A DNA stretch of 64,000 nucleotides from an uncultured Nitrospinota bacterium (GCA_963707985.1 CAVPRW010000027.1:1-64000), one strand, 5' to 3'; shown: positions 52,438-63,406, numbered from the stretch's first letter. The notes: generated from the letters alone by a model not told the origin. Numbers and translations: made by a program.

Positions 52438-52453
52438 AGCACACCGGTTGCCA
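52438..52453 (-). promoter_or_regulatory. Candidate sigma54 promoter for the rhodanese-kinase operon
   Basis: Minus strand TGGCAACCGGTGTGCT (GG-N10-GC). AT-rich tract upstream at ~52488-52548. Confidence 0.3.
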
Positions 52454-52794
52454 GAGACGTCTCCATAACCATGCCAATGCTACCATAGAATAAATAATCA
52501 TTAAAGATAAAAATTAATCTATATTTATCTATAAATATTTTAGTCTTTTGAGCTTGGCCCTCGCTGAACCACTACGTGGATGTTCGATGGGTCAGTGTCA
52601 CTGCGCTGACGTACTCGACTCTCTCGGCAGAACAGCGCGGGCGGTCCTGAAGCGGGTAAACAAAGTTCGGACGGAAGCCACAGGGCGGGCCACACCATGA
52701 CCTTGACACCACACACCAACCGCTCTACACTCGCATCGGATCTCGCTTATGAGGCACAGAGACAGAGACAGTCACCAGCGCAAAGGACGGAGCG

Positions 52795-53208
52795 ATGAGA
52801 CGCCCAACGTTCATGCTTGTAGTTGGCATGGTTGTAGGGGTCGGACTCGGACTGCTCACGGGCCAGCTTCTCCATGCCCAGCCTGAGACGATCAAGCGCA
52901 CCGTGCTCCTCAAGACCGACCTGGCGGGAATCGAGGGCCGTGAGGCCGTTGTGGGGCTGGCGGAAGTGGCCCCGGGAGGTGCTACAGGGGGCCATTATCA
53001 CCATGGGGATGAACTGGGCTATGTGTTAGAAGGGACCGCCGTATTGGAGGTGGAGGGCCAGGGACCAGTCGCCCTGAAAGCAGGCGATACCTATCATGTC
53101 GAGGCTATGCGCCCCCACAATGCGAAAGTCACCAGTACAATCCCGGCTAAGGTCTTGGCTATCTGGATCGTTGAGAAGGGGCCGCCGCTGGCGACACCCG
53201 TCCAATAA
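52795..53208 (+). CDS. Exported cupin domain protein
   Basis: HYHHGDELGYVLEG, LKAGD...PH. Confidence 0.88.
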   Translation: MRRPTFMLVVGMVVGVGLGLLTGQLLHAQPETIKRTVLLKTDLAGIEGREAVVGLAEVAPGGATGGHYHHGDELGYVLEGTAVLEVEGQGPVALKAGDTYHVEAMRPHNAKVTSTIPAKVLAIWIVEKGPPLATPVQ

Positions 53209-53450
53209 TGGCACGCCATCGGCATGAGTCCACGAAGGCAGATCTCATGGCCATCCGTTGCGCGACCAGCATACGCCTCGGCTATGGGTGATTGAAGATC
53301 ATCGTTGACATGGATGGGTTTCTCATGCAAGGCTTTTAAGGGGAGGCGTTGACGCAGTTACCCTTGAGATGTGTGTCACAGCAACCAGCGGAATCGTGAA
53401 GCTGAGGTGGATGCTCACGTGCGAGCATAGCCCTCAAAACAACACGGTTA

Positions 53451-54731
53451 ATGGGTGAGGCCATGCGTTCCTTACACCGATACACCGCTCTAGCGCTCGT
53501 GCTCTTGCTAGTGGTAGCGTGTGCTACCACGCACATTCCCCCCATCGGCTCCTCTCAACAACCCTTCCAACTCGCCGCCGATGAGCGCGAGATCTGGGAA
53601 CAAAGCGAAGCAGAGCAGCAAAAGCTGAACCGTCGCGGGCGCTTATATCAAGACATCCTGCTGGAGGAGTATATCAACGAGATCGCCCGTCGCATGACCC
53701 CTCCTGAAATCGAGGAGCAAGGGGTCCCAATTCGCGTCAAAATCCTCCGAGATCCCAGCCTGAATGCCTTCGCTTACCCCAATGGTGTGCTTTATATCCA
53801 TACCGGGCTGCTGGCCCGCGTGGAAAATGAGGCACAATTGGCCAGCGTGCTGGGGCATGAGATGACGCATGTGATCAATCGCGATGCGGTGCGGCAACAC
53901 CGCAGCACACGGAACAAGGTGATTGCGGCCAATGTCGCGGCCATTGCTGCCAGCATCGGCATCTCAGCTGTGGCAGGCGATCAGTGGCGACAAGGCAACG
54001 CGGTGACTGCCGCGGTGGTCGGCCAGACCGCCAACGTGATGCTGGGGTTAGGGCTGCAGCTTGGGCTCCTGGCGGCGGTGAACGGCTACGGCAGGAACAT
54101 GGAGGATGAAGCCGACGTCGGAGCCATGCGCCTGATGACACGGGCGGGGTATGACATTAACGAGGCGCCCAAAGTGCACCAGATGTTACTCCAACGTTAT
54201 GGGGATCCGACGCGTCTGGAGAACTTTTTCTTCGGCAATCACTCGCGCAATCAGGAGCGCATCGAGCACTATGAGCAGATGCTCAGTGTGGAGTATTCCC
54301 AGGTGGCACACGCCTCGAGCCTGATCACCAACACCGAGGAATTTCAGCGGCGTACCCGTCCCCTCGTCCGAGATAATGCCATCCTCGACGTCGAAGCCGG
54401 CCGCTACGGTACCGCCAAGGCAGCCCTAGAGCGCGTGTTGGCCGTGGTTCCAACCGATGCTAAAGCGCATTTCTATCTGGGTGAGCTCTATCGCAAACAG
54501 CGCCGGACACCGACCGACGTCGAGCAGGCCGTTCAGGCATACCAGAATGCCGCCACGCATGATCCATCCTATCCCGACCCACAACGCAGCCTGGGTTTGC
54601 TTTATTACATAACTGGCCAAAAGGCCGAGGCGCGACAGGCGTTCGAACGCTATCTAGAATTGAAACCCCACGCGGATGACCGCCAACAGGTCCGCGAATA
54701 TCTCATGGAACTGCAACATAATCCGGCATGA
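53451..54731 (+). CDS. M48 family metalloprotease lipoprotein with C-terminal TPRs (BepA-like)
   Basis: Lipobox VVAC, NAFAYPNG, LGHEMTH, EDEAD, TPRs. Confidence 0.9.
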   Translation: MGEAMRSLHRYTALALVLLLVVACATTHIPPIGSSQQPFQLAADEREIWEQSEAEQQKLNRRGRLYQDILLEEYINEIARRMTPPEIEEQGVPIRVKILRDPSLNAFAYPNGVLYIHTGLLARVENEAQLASVLGHEMTHVINRDAVRQHRSTRNKVIAANVAAIAASIGISAVAGDQWRQGNAVTAAVVGQTANVMLGLGLQLGLLAAVNGYGRNMEDEADVGAMRLMTRAGYDINEAPKVHQMLLQRYGDPTRLENFFFGNHSRNQERIEHYEQMLSVEYSQVAHASSLITNTEEFQRRTRPLVRDNAILDVEAGRYGTAKAALERVLAVVPTDAKAHFYLGELYRKQRRTPTDVEQAVQAYQNAATHDPSYPDPQRSLGLLYYITGQKAEARQAFERYLELKPHADDRQQVREYLMELQHNPA

Positions 54732-55126
54732 GCGCCGAGTACTGGTACCTCCTGCCGGTGGGGTTTGCAATCGCTGTGCTGGCGATGTCCAGCGGTATCT
54801 CCGCCGGAAATTTCTGGGTGCCGGTGTATCTGCTCTGGGCCAGATTCGAGCCGCCGCTGGCCTTCTGGATGACGTTGGCGACCATGCTCTGCGGCTACGG
54901 CAGCGGTGTGGTGCGCAACCTGCGGCAGGAGACCCTCGATCGCCGCATCATACGCCAATATCTGCCCTTGTCCGTACCTGCCGCCATTGTTGGTGGATAT
55001 CTGGCGCCAGCATGGAACATCTCCTGGCTGGTTCTCCTGTTCGGACTCTTTGTGCTGGGCTATGGCGTACAGATGTTGGTAACTCTGCTGCAGGGCACTG
55101 CTGACGCGCCTGCTAATCACCCGTAG
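54728..55126 (+). pseudogene. Truncated TauE/SafE (sulfite exporter) family protein
   Basis: AMSSGISAG.FWVP and hydrophobic helices. About half the usual length. Confidence 0.6.
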
Positions 55127-55152
55127 ATCGCTTTCCCCTGCCGTCATCCTGG

Positions 55153-55566
55153 CTACCTGCCGTCCTCCTGCTGGTGGGTACCCTGATGCTGGTGCGTTTC
55201 GCCATGCTGGTTGTGTTCACCCGCTAGAGGCCCGCCCCAACTGAACTTCTGAAGATCGACGCTGCCATACAAGTCGAATCGTACCCCTTCCGCTTCCAGC
55301 AGGGCGCGCTGGATCCCCTCGTAATGCCGATCGCAGCGCGAGCTGACGCGTCCGGCCGCATTGATCACCCGTTGCCATGGAATCTCCGAGCCAGCCGGCA
55401 GAGCATGCAGCGCATAGCCGACGGCTCGGGCGGCGCTGGGATGGCCAAGCCAGCGGGCGATCTGTCCATAAGTGGTCACCTGCCCGCGCGGGATCTGCGC
55501 CACCAGATGATAGACCGCGGCATAGAAATTGGGGACATCTTCCCCGTTGGCGCCTGTCGATCGCAT
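55153..55566 (-). CDS. Alkyltransferase-like protein (MGMT family, Trp in place of the catalytic Cys)
   Basis: IPRGQVTTYGQIA, ARAVGYAL, PWQRVIN, QRALLEAEGV. Confidence 0.9.
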   Translation of the reverse strand: MRSTGANGEDVPNFYAAVYHLVAQIPRGQVTTYGQIARWLGHPSAARAVGYALHALPAGSEIPWQRVINAAGRVSSRCDRHYEGIQRALLEAEGVRFDLYGSVDLQKFSWGGPLAGEHNQHGETHQHQGTHQQEDGR

Positions 55567-55836
55567 CTTCCTCACCCCTATCAGCGCACTGCAGAGTTGC
55601 CTTGCCATGCCGCTGGGAGGCCATGTGCCCGTGCGGGCAGGCGACAGAACGCCCGGGCTCGAATCGCCAGGCATTCCTGCGGAAAACTCTGTGAAAAATT
55701 GCCCGCCTTTTGGTAAGCTCAGCGCCATGCATGACATGGCAGTCGGCCTTGACCCATCGCGGAAATTCTCGTAGGCGCGATGGTGACCGCCACGATACGG
55801 GAAAGTATGTCAGTTGACAAGTCCGGAGGTCGCGAC

Positions 55837-56832
55837 ATGAATCATCCGATACCACAGCGAACGTTGGTGGTACAGCCCGACGACGGAGTTGACCCCGTGC
55901 TCGAGCTGCTTGCCGATGCGAGGAAGTCATTATGTGTTAAACAGTTCACCTTGAGCGAACCTCGCATCGTGCAGGGTCTCATCGATGCGCATCGACGTGG
56001 CGTCGCGGTCCGTGTCATGCTCAATCCCCATCGTTCCTCAGGAGATCGCCCGAACGACGCCGTCTTTGACCAACTGCAGCAGACGGGCATGGCGGTCCAA
56101 TGGACCAGTCCGGACTATGTGGTCACGCACGAGAAGTCCATCGTGGTCGATGATCGCCGGGCGTTGATCGCCACCTTCAACATGGTATTGAAATACTTCA
56201 CGGAAACACGCGACTATGGCGTCATCACCACTGACCCGGCACAAGTGGCGCAAGTAGCCACCGGCTTCGACGCCGACTGGCAACACGTGCCGTTTCATCC
56301 TGATCCGCAAGCGGGGTTGCTATGGAGCGTCACCAATGCTCGCCCGCTTATGGCCCAGTTCATCGATCAAGCCCGGCATTCCCTGGATATTCAGCACCCC
56401 AAGTTTGTCGATGCCACCATCATCGAGCGCCTGGTGGCGGCGCAGGATCGCGGTGTGCACGTTCGCGTGCTGTGTGGCGGCCGGCATGGACTCAGCGACT
56501 ATGACGTGCTCGATACGTTCGCTTCATTACGTCTCATACAGCGGGTGGGGATCCGGGTGCATCGTCAGAAGCATTTGAAGCTGCACGCCAAACTCATCCT
56601 GGCCGACGGCAAACGAGCCTTGCTGGGCTCGATGAACATCGATCGCAGCGCCTTCGATCTGCGGCGAGAGCTCGGCATCAACGTCGACGATGAGCCCATC
56701 GTCGAGCGCCTGTCGCATATATTCACCCACGAATGGGACCATTCTCATCATTATGCGGTACCTGATCCACTGGAAGCCGAGAAACCCTCGGACGAAGAGC
56801 TCCCCCATGATCCGGAGTTCAGCCATGAGTAA
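55837..56832 (+). CDS. Phospholipase D superfamily protein (two HxKxxxxD motifs)
   Basis: HEKSIVVD and HAKLILAD...GSMN. Confidence 0.88.
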   Translation: MNHPIPQRTLVVQPDDGVDPVLELLADARKSLCVKQFTLSEPRIVQGLIDAHRRGVAVRVMLNPHRSSGDRPNDAVFDQLQQTGMAVQWTSPDYVVTHEKSIVVDDRRALIATFNMVLKYFTETRDYGVITTDPAQVAQVATGFDADWQHVPFHPDPQAGLLWSVTNARPLMAQFIDQARHSLDIQHPKFVDATIIERLVAAQDRGVHVRVLCGGRHGLSDYDVLDTFASLRLIQRVGIRVHRQKHLKLHAKLILADGKRALLGSMNIDRSAFDLRRELGINVDDEPIVERLSHIFTHEWDHSHHYAVPDPLEAEKPSDEELPHDPEFSHE

Positions 56833-57415
56833 GGCCGCCATCGACCGCAAACAATCCCCTGTGACGCATCGTGACCTGGCTCTCTGCTTTCTCAAGATCG
56901 CGCTGGTGAGCTTTGGCGGAGGGCTTTCCGCCTGGGCTCGTCAGGTGATCATCGAGGAGCGCCAGTGGTTGACCGACGAGGAGTTTTTGACCGCCCTGAC
57001 ACTGGCCAGGCTTTTGCCGGGACCGAACGTGACCAACCTGGCGGTATACGTCGGCACTCGTTTTCATGGACTGTCAGGTGCGGCTGCCGCGCTCGCAGGT
57101 TTGACCCTGGTGCCGCTGGCGATCATGCTCAGCCTTGGGGTCATGTATTTCCACTATCACCACCTCCCCGGCCTGCAGTCAGTGCTCACCGGGGTGGTGG
57201 CCGCAGGAGTCGGACTGACCCTGTCGATGGGAGTCAAGGCGGGACTGGACATCCTCCGTCAACCGATGGCGGTAGCGTTGGCCGCCGCGGCCTTCATCGG
57301 CATGGCCATCCTTCGTTGGCCACTATGGCTCGTGATCGCCGGGCTGGCGCCCATCGGCATGGCCTGGTACTGGCCCCGCGACAGGACGAACCGCAAGGAG
57401 GACCCAGCGCGATGA
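56825..57415 (+). CDS. Short-chain chromate ion transporter, subunit 1
   Basis: FLKIALVSFGGG, WLTDEEF, LLPGP. Confidence 0.9.
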   Translation: MSKAAIDRKQSPVTHRDLALCFLKIALVSFGGGLSAWARQVIIEERQWLTDEEFLTALTLARLLPGPNVTNLAVYVGTRFHGLSGAAAALAGLTLVPLAIMLSLGVMYFHYHHLPGLQSVLTGVVAAGVGLTLSMGVKAGLDILRQPMAVALAAAAFIGMAILRWPLWLVIAGLAPIGMAWYWPRDRTNRKEDPAR

Positions 57416-57942
57416 ACAGCGGCACCTTGCTGCACCTCATGGTGATGTTTACCTCGCTCTCTCTGCTCTCCTTCGGCGGTACGAATACGGTGCTCCCGGA
57501 GATGCACCGTCAGGCCGTGACCGGCTACCATTGGCTCACCGACCAGCAGTTCGCCAGCATCTTCGCCATCTCCCAGGCGTCGCCAGGCCCCAGCAGCCTG
57601 ATCGTCAGTTTAGTTGGGCTCAAGGCCGCCGGCTGGGTTGGGGCGCTGGTGGCAACGGTTGCCATGTTCACCCCATCCGCCGTGGTGACCTTTGCGGCCA
57701 GTCGAGCCTGGGAGCGCTTCAGGGATGCCAAATGGCGCATCGCGGCTGAAAAGGGCTTAGCCCCTATAACGGTCGGCCTTCTGCTGGCGAGCGGGCTGGT
57801 CATTACGCGCGCCGCCGACCATGGCTGGTCGGCTATCATGCTCACCGCAGCGACGACGATCCTGCTCGTCACCACGCGGGTGAATCCGCTCTTCATCATG
57901 GCGGCAGCGGGGATTCTCGGTGGGCTTGGACTGGTCAAATAG
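57412..57942 (+). CDS. Short-chain chromate ion transporter, subunit 2
   Basis: LSLLSFGG, WLTDQQF, SQASPGP. ATGA overlap with subunit 1. Confidence 0.9.
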   Translation: MNSGTLLHLMVMFTSLSLLSFGGTNTVLPEMHRQAVTGYHWLTDQQFASIFAISQASPGPSSLIVSLVGLKAAGWVGALVATVAMFTPSAVVTFAASRAWERFRDAKWRIAAEKGLAPITVGLLLASGLVITRAADHGWSAIMLTAATTILLVTTRVNPLFIMAAAGILGGLGLVK

Positions 57943-58055
57943 GCTCTGGAAGCAGGCCGTCAGGCTCGTTCTCGCTTGAGTTCGATCACAGCGTGCGCCA
58001 TAATCCTGCCGTGTGATGCGCCACTGTCTCACAGGAATATGGGGAGGAGAAAGCC

Positions 58056-58958
58056 ATGCCGGCAGAAGACATCCGGAAATTCTGGGAGCAGACGCGAACG
58101 GCGCTGACCGAGGTGAAGATGGATGCCACGATTGAGGCCGTGGAGCAGAGCGACGTGTTCACTATGGAAGGACGCATTAAGACCCGCACCATCTACCGCG
58201 TCATCATGTCGAGCTTTGAGGGGCGGCGCATCCGCGCCTGGTACACCGTCCCAAGCGGTCACCCCCCCGCCCATGGATGGCCCGCTATCATGGAGGTGCC
58301 GGGCTACGGGGGCATCCTGACCCTGCCGCTGCACCTGGTGCAATATGGCTATGCGACGCTATCACTTTACCCACGGAGTCAGGGAGAGAGCCTGCAGGAA
58401 TGGCAGATCGAGCATGGCACGAGGCTGACCTATCACGTCACGGATCAGGAGCGGTACTACTACCGGGGAGCCTACATGGACTGCGTGCGGGGTATAGACT
58501 TCCTGCACAGCCGTGCTGAGATCGACACTAGCCGCATTGGCGTCTGGGGGTCCAGTCAAGGGGGTGGCTTGACGCTGGCCACTGCAGCTCTTGACCATCG
58601 CGTCTCTGCCGCCGTGGCGGGCGTGCCGTGGCTGTGCAACTTCCCGGTGGCGGCGGAGATCACCACCTCGCCCTATGTCGAGTTACACGACTATCTGCAG
58701 CAGCATCCCGAGGACCGCGACCGGGCGCTGGCCACTCTAGCCTACTTTGACCAGCTGACTCTGGCCGAGACGATCGCTTGCCCGACGCTGATCGCCAGCG
58801 CCATCACCGACGACGTGCACCCCTTGCGCACGGTCATGCCGGTCTTCGAGAAGATTCAGGCGTTGAAATCGATCATCGTCTATCCCGACCTCGATCACGA
58901 GTACCGCACCGATTTCACCGTGCACGGTAAAGCCTGGATGGATCGCTATTTGCGCTGA
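58056..58958 (+). CDS. Acetylxylan esterase / cephalosporin-C deacetylase family (CE7-like)
   Basis: FWEQT, YYYRGAYMD..R..DFL, GSSQGG, YFD, D.V.P, HE. Confidence 0.9.
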   Translation: MPAEDIRKFWEQTRTALTEVKMDATIEAVEQSDVFTMEGRIKTRTIYRVIMSSFEGRRIRAWYTVPSGHPPAHGWPAIMEVPGYGGILTLPLHLVQYGYATLSLYPRSQGESLQEWQIEHGTRLTYHVTDQERYYYRGAYMDCVRGIDFLHSRAEIDTSRIGVWGSSQGGGLTLATAALDHRVSAAVAGVPWLCNFPVAAEITTSPYVELHDYLQQHPEDRDRALATLAYFDQLTLAETIACPTLIASAITDDVHPLRTVMPVFEKIQALKSIIVYPDLDHEYRTDFTVHGKAWMDRYLR

Positions 58959-59093
58959 CCTTGGGGACTTGTCTCGTGGGCCCCTTGTACTTGGAGGGGC
59001 CCCCTGTTCCATCCGCATCTCGACTGTGCGCAAGAGCCTATGATGGAGGTACGATCTTCTCCTATCCATACCGGATGGTATCGAGGGATCGAG

Positions 59094-60042
59094 ATGCCAC
59101 GCGTGTTCATCAGCTATGCGCGTCATGATCTGAGTGCCGTACAGCAGCTCGAACGCGCTCTCCAGGCCCACGACGTCAGCGTATGGCGCGATCAGGAGAG
59201 CATTTATGGTGGGCAGCAGTGGCCAAAAGCCATCGGGGAAGCCATAGCAGCTCATGATTATGTCTTGCTGGTATGGTCCAAGAGCGCGGCCCAATCGCAT
59301 TTTGTGGAATTCGAATGGAACAGCGCCATTGCCTTACGAAAAACCATCCTGCCATGCTTGCTCGATGACACTCCGCTGCCACCCGCCCTCAGCGCAATCA
59401 ATGCCATCGATGTAAGGCAACTTGACGATGCGTTGCCCAGGATTCTGCAGGCGCTCCAACGGCCTGTTCCAGCGCCCGATCCCGCGCGCAGCGCCAACGT
59501 CATCGCCCAGCTCCGATCACTAGCGCCGGCGGAGCCGGAAGAGGTGGTCGAGGCCGCCAGGTCCATCTTCGCGCAGCAGGGCTGGAGCGTGCAAGGCAAC
59601 GTCTATCAAGCGGCTGGAGACTTTCATCTGACGATAGCACAGCCGGAAACAAAGCCTGCGAAGACGATCGTGGAAAAATGGCAGACCTGGGTGGCGTTGT
59701 TCGTTGGCGTCTTGACAATCACGATCGTTGGCGGCTGATTTGCCTGGAAAGATCCGCAAAATATTTGCTCCTGACGAGTCAACGATCCAGGTGATTCAAC
59801 AACCTCTGTCTGGTGTGATCTGGGATGAAGGACACGAGCCTTTGCCTGGCGTTGAGGTGGTATTGCCGGAACTTAAGCTCGTAACAATGACGGACCGGCA
59901 TGGAGCATTTGCCTTTCAAGTGAAAGCACCCAAACAGCGTACGGTAGATGTCATTGCCAAAAAAGACGGCTACATGACATATAATGCTGATGCCACCTTG
60001 GGCAATACGTCATTCAATTTCACCATGCGGAGGAAACCATAA
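59094..60042 (+). CDS. TIR - transmembrane helix - carboxypeptidase-regulatory-like beta-sandwich protein (frameshift ~59728)
   Basis: RVFISYARHD, VWRDQESIYGG, VWS..AAQSHFVEFEW, ILPCLLD; TM WVALFVGVLTITI; next frame LSGVIWDE..EPLPGVEV...TDRHGAF...KDGY. Confidence 0.8.
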
Positions 60043-63000
60043 TGCGACGCTGTCTCGCGCTCTGCATGCTTTTTGGTCTGTTGTTACCAGGATTCCTGTC
60101 GGCCCAAGAGCGATGGCTCAGGGGAAAAGTGGTGAGGCTCGGTGAGCATGAAGAAAAAATACCCGAGGTGAACATCACGGTGGCGCTCGAAACAGGGGAT
60201 ACGGGGAATACGAATTCTTTGGGAGTATTTCGCATTTTCCTCAAGGACATTTTCAAAGCTGGTGAAAAAGTGACCCTCGTCATCGATAAACCCGACTGGC
60301 GCATTCGTTATCCGTTAGAAGGGGAGGCCCGTATACCAGCTGATTTAGACAAAGAGTTAGTCGAAGTGCAGCTCCTGCCTGTGGGGTCCAAATTATTCTG
60401 GACGCATGATCGCATCGAAAAATTCGTCAGCGACATGGCGGAAAAATCCAAGCAACAGGTGACGCCGGAAGGTCGGCCAGAGACGATCGACTTCAGCCGG
60501 TATATCAAAGATTGGTCCGTAAAATATGGCTTCAGTGCGCAGCAGGCCAAGGAAGAGATCGATAAATGGATCGCGGAGATCGAGGCGACCCAGAACGATC
60601 TGTACAAATTAGGTTTGGCCGCGTTTGCGAAAAAGAACTTTGGGGAAGCCAGTAAACTCTTCAACGAATCCGCTGAGTATAATGCCAAGAAGTTGGAAGA
60701 TCTCAGGGAGAAAGAAAGGGGTTTAGCCGAGAAAGTTGTGCGCGACTTTCGCCTCGCTGGCGACGCACATTATAACAACTACATCTTCGATCAGGCATTG
60801 ATCGCCTACGAACGCGCTCTCACGTATGTTTCTAGGCAGCAGACCCCGCAATTATGGGCAGCGACCTTGATCGACGTCGGTCGCGTCAATTGGGAGCTCG
60901 GCATCAGAGCTGAAGGGCCTGCCATTGCACAATATCTCAGGGCCGCGGTGAAGGCGTATCATCAGGCCCTGGAAGTGTACACCCGTGAGCAGCTGCCGCA
61001 GCAGTGGGCCATGACGCAGAACAACCTGGGGCTTGCGCTATGGGACCAGGGCACGCGCACCAGCGGGGAGGCCGGGGCGCGCTTGCTGGCCGAGGCCGTC
61101 ACCGCCTATCGCCAGGCCCTGGAAGTGTCCACCCGGGAGCAGCTGCCGCAGCAATGGGCCATGACGCAGAACAACCTGGGGATTGCGCTCCGGAACCAGG
61201 GCACGCGCACCAGCGGGGAGGCCGGGGCGCGCTTGCTGGCCGAGGCCGTCACCGCCTATCGCCAGGCCCTGGAAGTGCGCACCCGGGAGCAGCTGCCGCA
61301 GCAATGGGCCATGACGCAGAACAACCTGGGGATTGCGCTCCAGGACCAGGGCACGCGCACCAGCGGGGAGGCCGGGGCGCACTTGCTGGCCGAGGCCGTC
61401 ACCGCCTATCGCCAGGCCCTGGAAGTGTACACCCGCGAGCAGCTGCCGCAGCAGTGGGCCACGACGCAGAACAACCTGGGGACTGCGCTCCGGGACCAGG
61501 GCATTCGCACCAGCGGGGAGGCCGGGGCGCGCTTGCTGGCCGAGGCCGTCACCGCCTATCGCCAGGCCCTGGAGGTCGTACCCGCGAGCAGCTGCCGCAG
61601 CAGTGGGCCACGACGCAGAACAACCTGGGGACTGCGCTCCGGGACCAGGGCATTCGCACCAGCGGGGAGGCCGGGGCACGCTTGCTGGCCGAGGCCGTCA
61701 CCGCCTATCGCCAGGCCCTGGAAGTCATACCCGCGAGCAGCTGCCGCAGCAGTGGGCCATGACGCAGAACAACCTGGGGATTGCGCTGGGGGACCAGGGC
61801 ACGCGCACCAGCGGGGAGGCCGGGGCGCGCTTGCTGGCCGAGGCCGTCACCGCCTATCGCCAGGCCCTGGAGGTACGCACCCGCGAGCAGCTGCCGCAGC
61901 AGTGGGCCACGACGCAGAACAACCTGGGGACTGCGCTCCGGGACCAGGGCACGCGCACCAGCGGGGAGGCCGGGGCACGCTTGCTGGCCGAGGCCGTCAC
62001 CGCCTATCGCCAGGCCCTGGAAGTGCGCACCCGCGAGCAGCTGCCGCAGCAGTGGGCCACGACGCAGAACAACCTGGGGAATGCGCTCCGGGACCAGGGC
62101 ATTCGCACCAGCGGGGAGGCCGGGGCGCGCTTGCTGGCCGAGGCCGTCACCGCCTATCGCCAGGCCCTGGAAGTGTACACCCGCGAGCAGCTGCCGCAGG
62201 ACTGGGCCATGACGCAGAACAACCTGGGGATTGCGCTCCGGGACCAGGGCATTCGCACCAGCGGGGAGGCCGGGGCGCACTTGCTGGCCGAGGCCGTCAC
62301 CGCCTATCGCCAGGCCCTGGAGGTACACACCCGCGAGCAGCTGCCGCAGCAGTGGGCCACGACGCAGAACAACCTGGGGACGGCGCTCCGGGACCAGGGC
62401 ATTCGCACCAGCGGGGAGGCCGGGGCGCGCTTGCTGGCCGAGGCCGTCACCGCCTATCGCCAGGCCCTGGAGGTACGTACCCGCGAGCAGCTGCCGCAGC
62501 AGTGGGCCACGACGCAGAACAACCTGGGGAATGCGCTCCGGGACCAGGGCATTCGCACCGGCGGGGAGGCCGGGGCGCGCTTGCTGGCCGAGGCCGTCAC
62601 CGCCTATCGCCAGGCCCTGGAGGTACGTACCCGCGAGCAGCTGCCGCAGGACTGGGCCATGACGCAGAACAACCTGGGGATGCGCTGCGAGACCAGGGCA
62701 CGCGCACCAGCGGGGCGCGCTTGCTGGCCGAGGCCGTACCGCCTATCGCCAGGCCCTGGAAGTGCGCACCCTCAACACATTGCCGCCACAATGGGCTCAA
62801 ACCCAAAATAACTTAGCTCAAGCTTATACGCATCTGGAAGATTGGGCCAATGCCGCGGAGAGCTATGCGGATGTGCTCAGAGTGTATCCAGATGACAAAA
62901 AAGCTTATGGCACTGCGAGTTATCTTTATCATGAAATGCTCTTTGAGTTTCCGCAGGCCTTTATGCTCAACCAGCGCTGGCTGGAGCGGAATCCTACCGA

Positions 63001-63406
63001 CCTGGCTGGGCTGAGTGACTTTGCGGAGAAACATTTTACTACCGGTCGTTTCTCCGAGTGTGACCAGCGCATCACCTTGCTCTTGGCGAATCCCGCCGTT
63101 GCACCGTCTACCCAAATTGCGCTGCAAGCCATCCAGATCGCCAACTCACTTGCCCTCGGCAAAGCCGACCTGGTTCCCGGAAGAATCGATGCAATGGTTG
63201 AAGGCATCACTAATCAGTCGGAAGGATTCAAGGTCGGATGGTCTTTCAAGGGTACCAGATACTTCATCAACAACAACGACACGCTGGCGCCCTACCGACC
63301 ATGGCTTATGCAATTATTCGATGCCGTCGAAGGTGAGGACCGCCACGCTGTTTTGTCGGCCTTGCAGGAGGTGCGGGTAAGTTTTCCACTCGAAGGGAAG
63401 CAATAG
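60042..63406 (+). CDS. Secreted protein: signal peptide, beta-sandwich domain, long TPR-like repeat array (several frameshifts)
   Basis: MRRCLALCMLFGLLLPGFLSA signal; LRGKVV..NITV..TNSLGVF; repeats of EVxTREQLPQxWAxTQNNLGxALxDQGxRTSGEAGARLLAEAVTAYRQAL. The start overlaps the upstream stop (TAATG). Confidence 0.85.
60963..62770 (+). repeat. Intragenic 150-bp tandem repeat, 12 copies plus the start of a 13th
   Basis: Unit starts (caggccctggaRgt) at 60963, 61113, 61263, 61413, 61563, 61712, 61861, 62011, 62161, 62311, 62461, 62611 and 62750. Confidence 0.95.

Noticed and set aside
60963..62770. CRISPR array
   Set aside because: Units are contiguous 150-bp coding repeats with no unique spacers, and no cas genes are present.
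4466..62770. Diversity-generating retroelement or retron (RT plus variable repeats)
   Set aside because: The RT lies within a group II intron with domain V/VI and is dead. Repeat variation is not adenine-specific and no TR/VR pair or msr-msd is evident.
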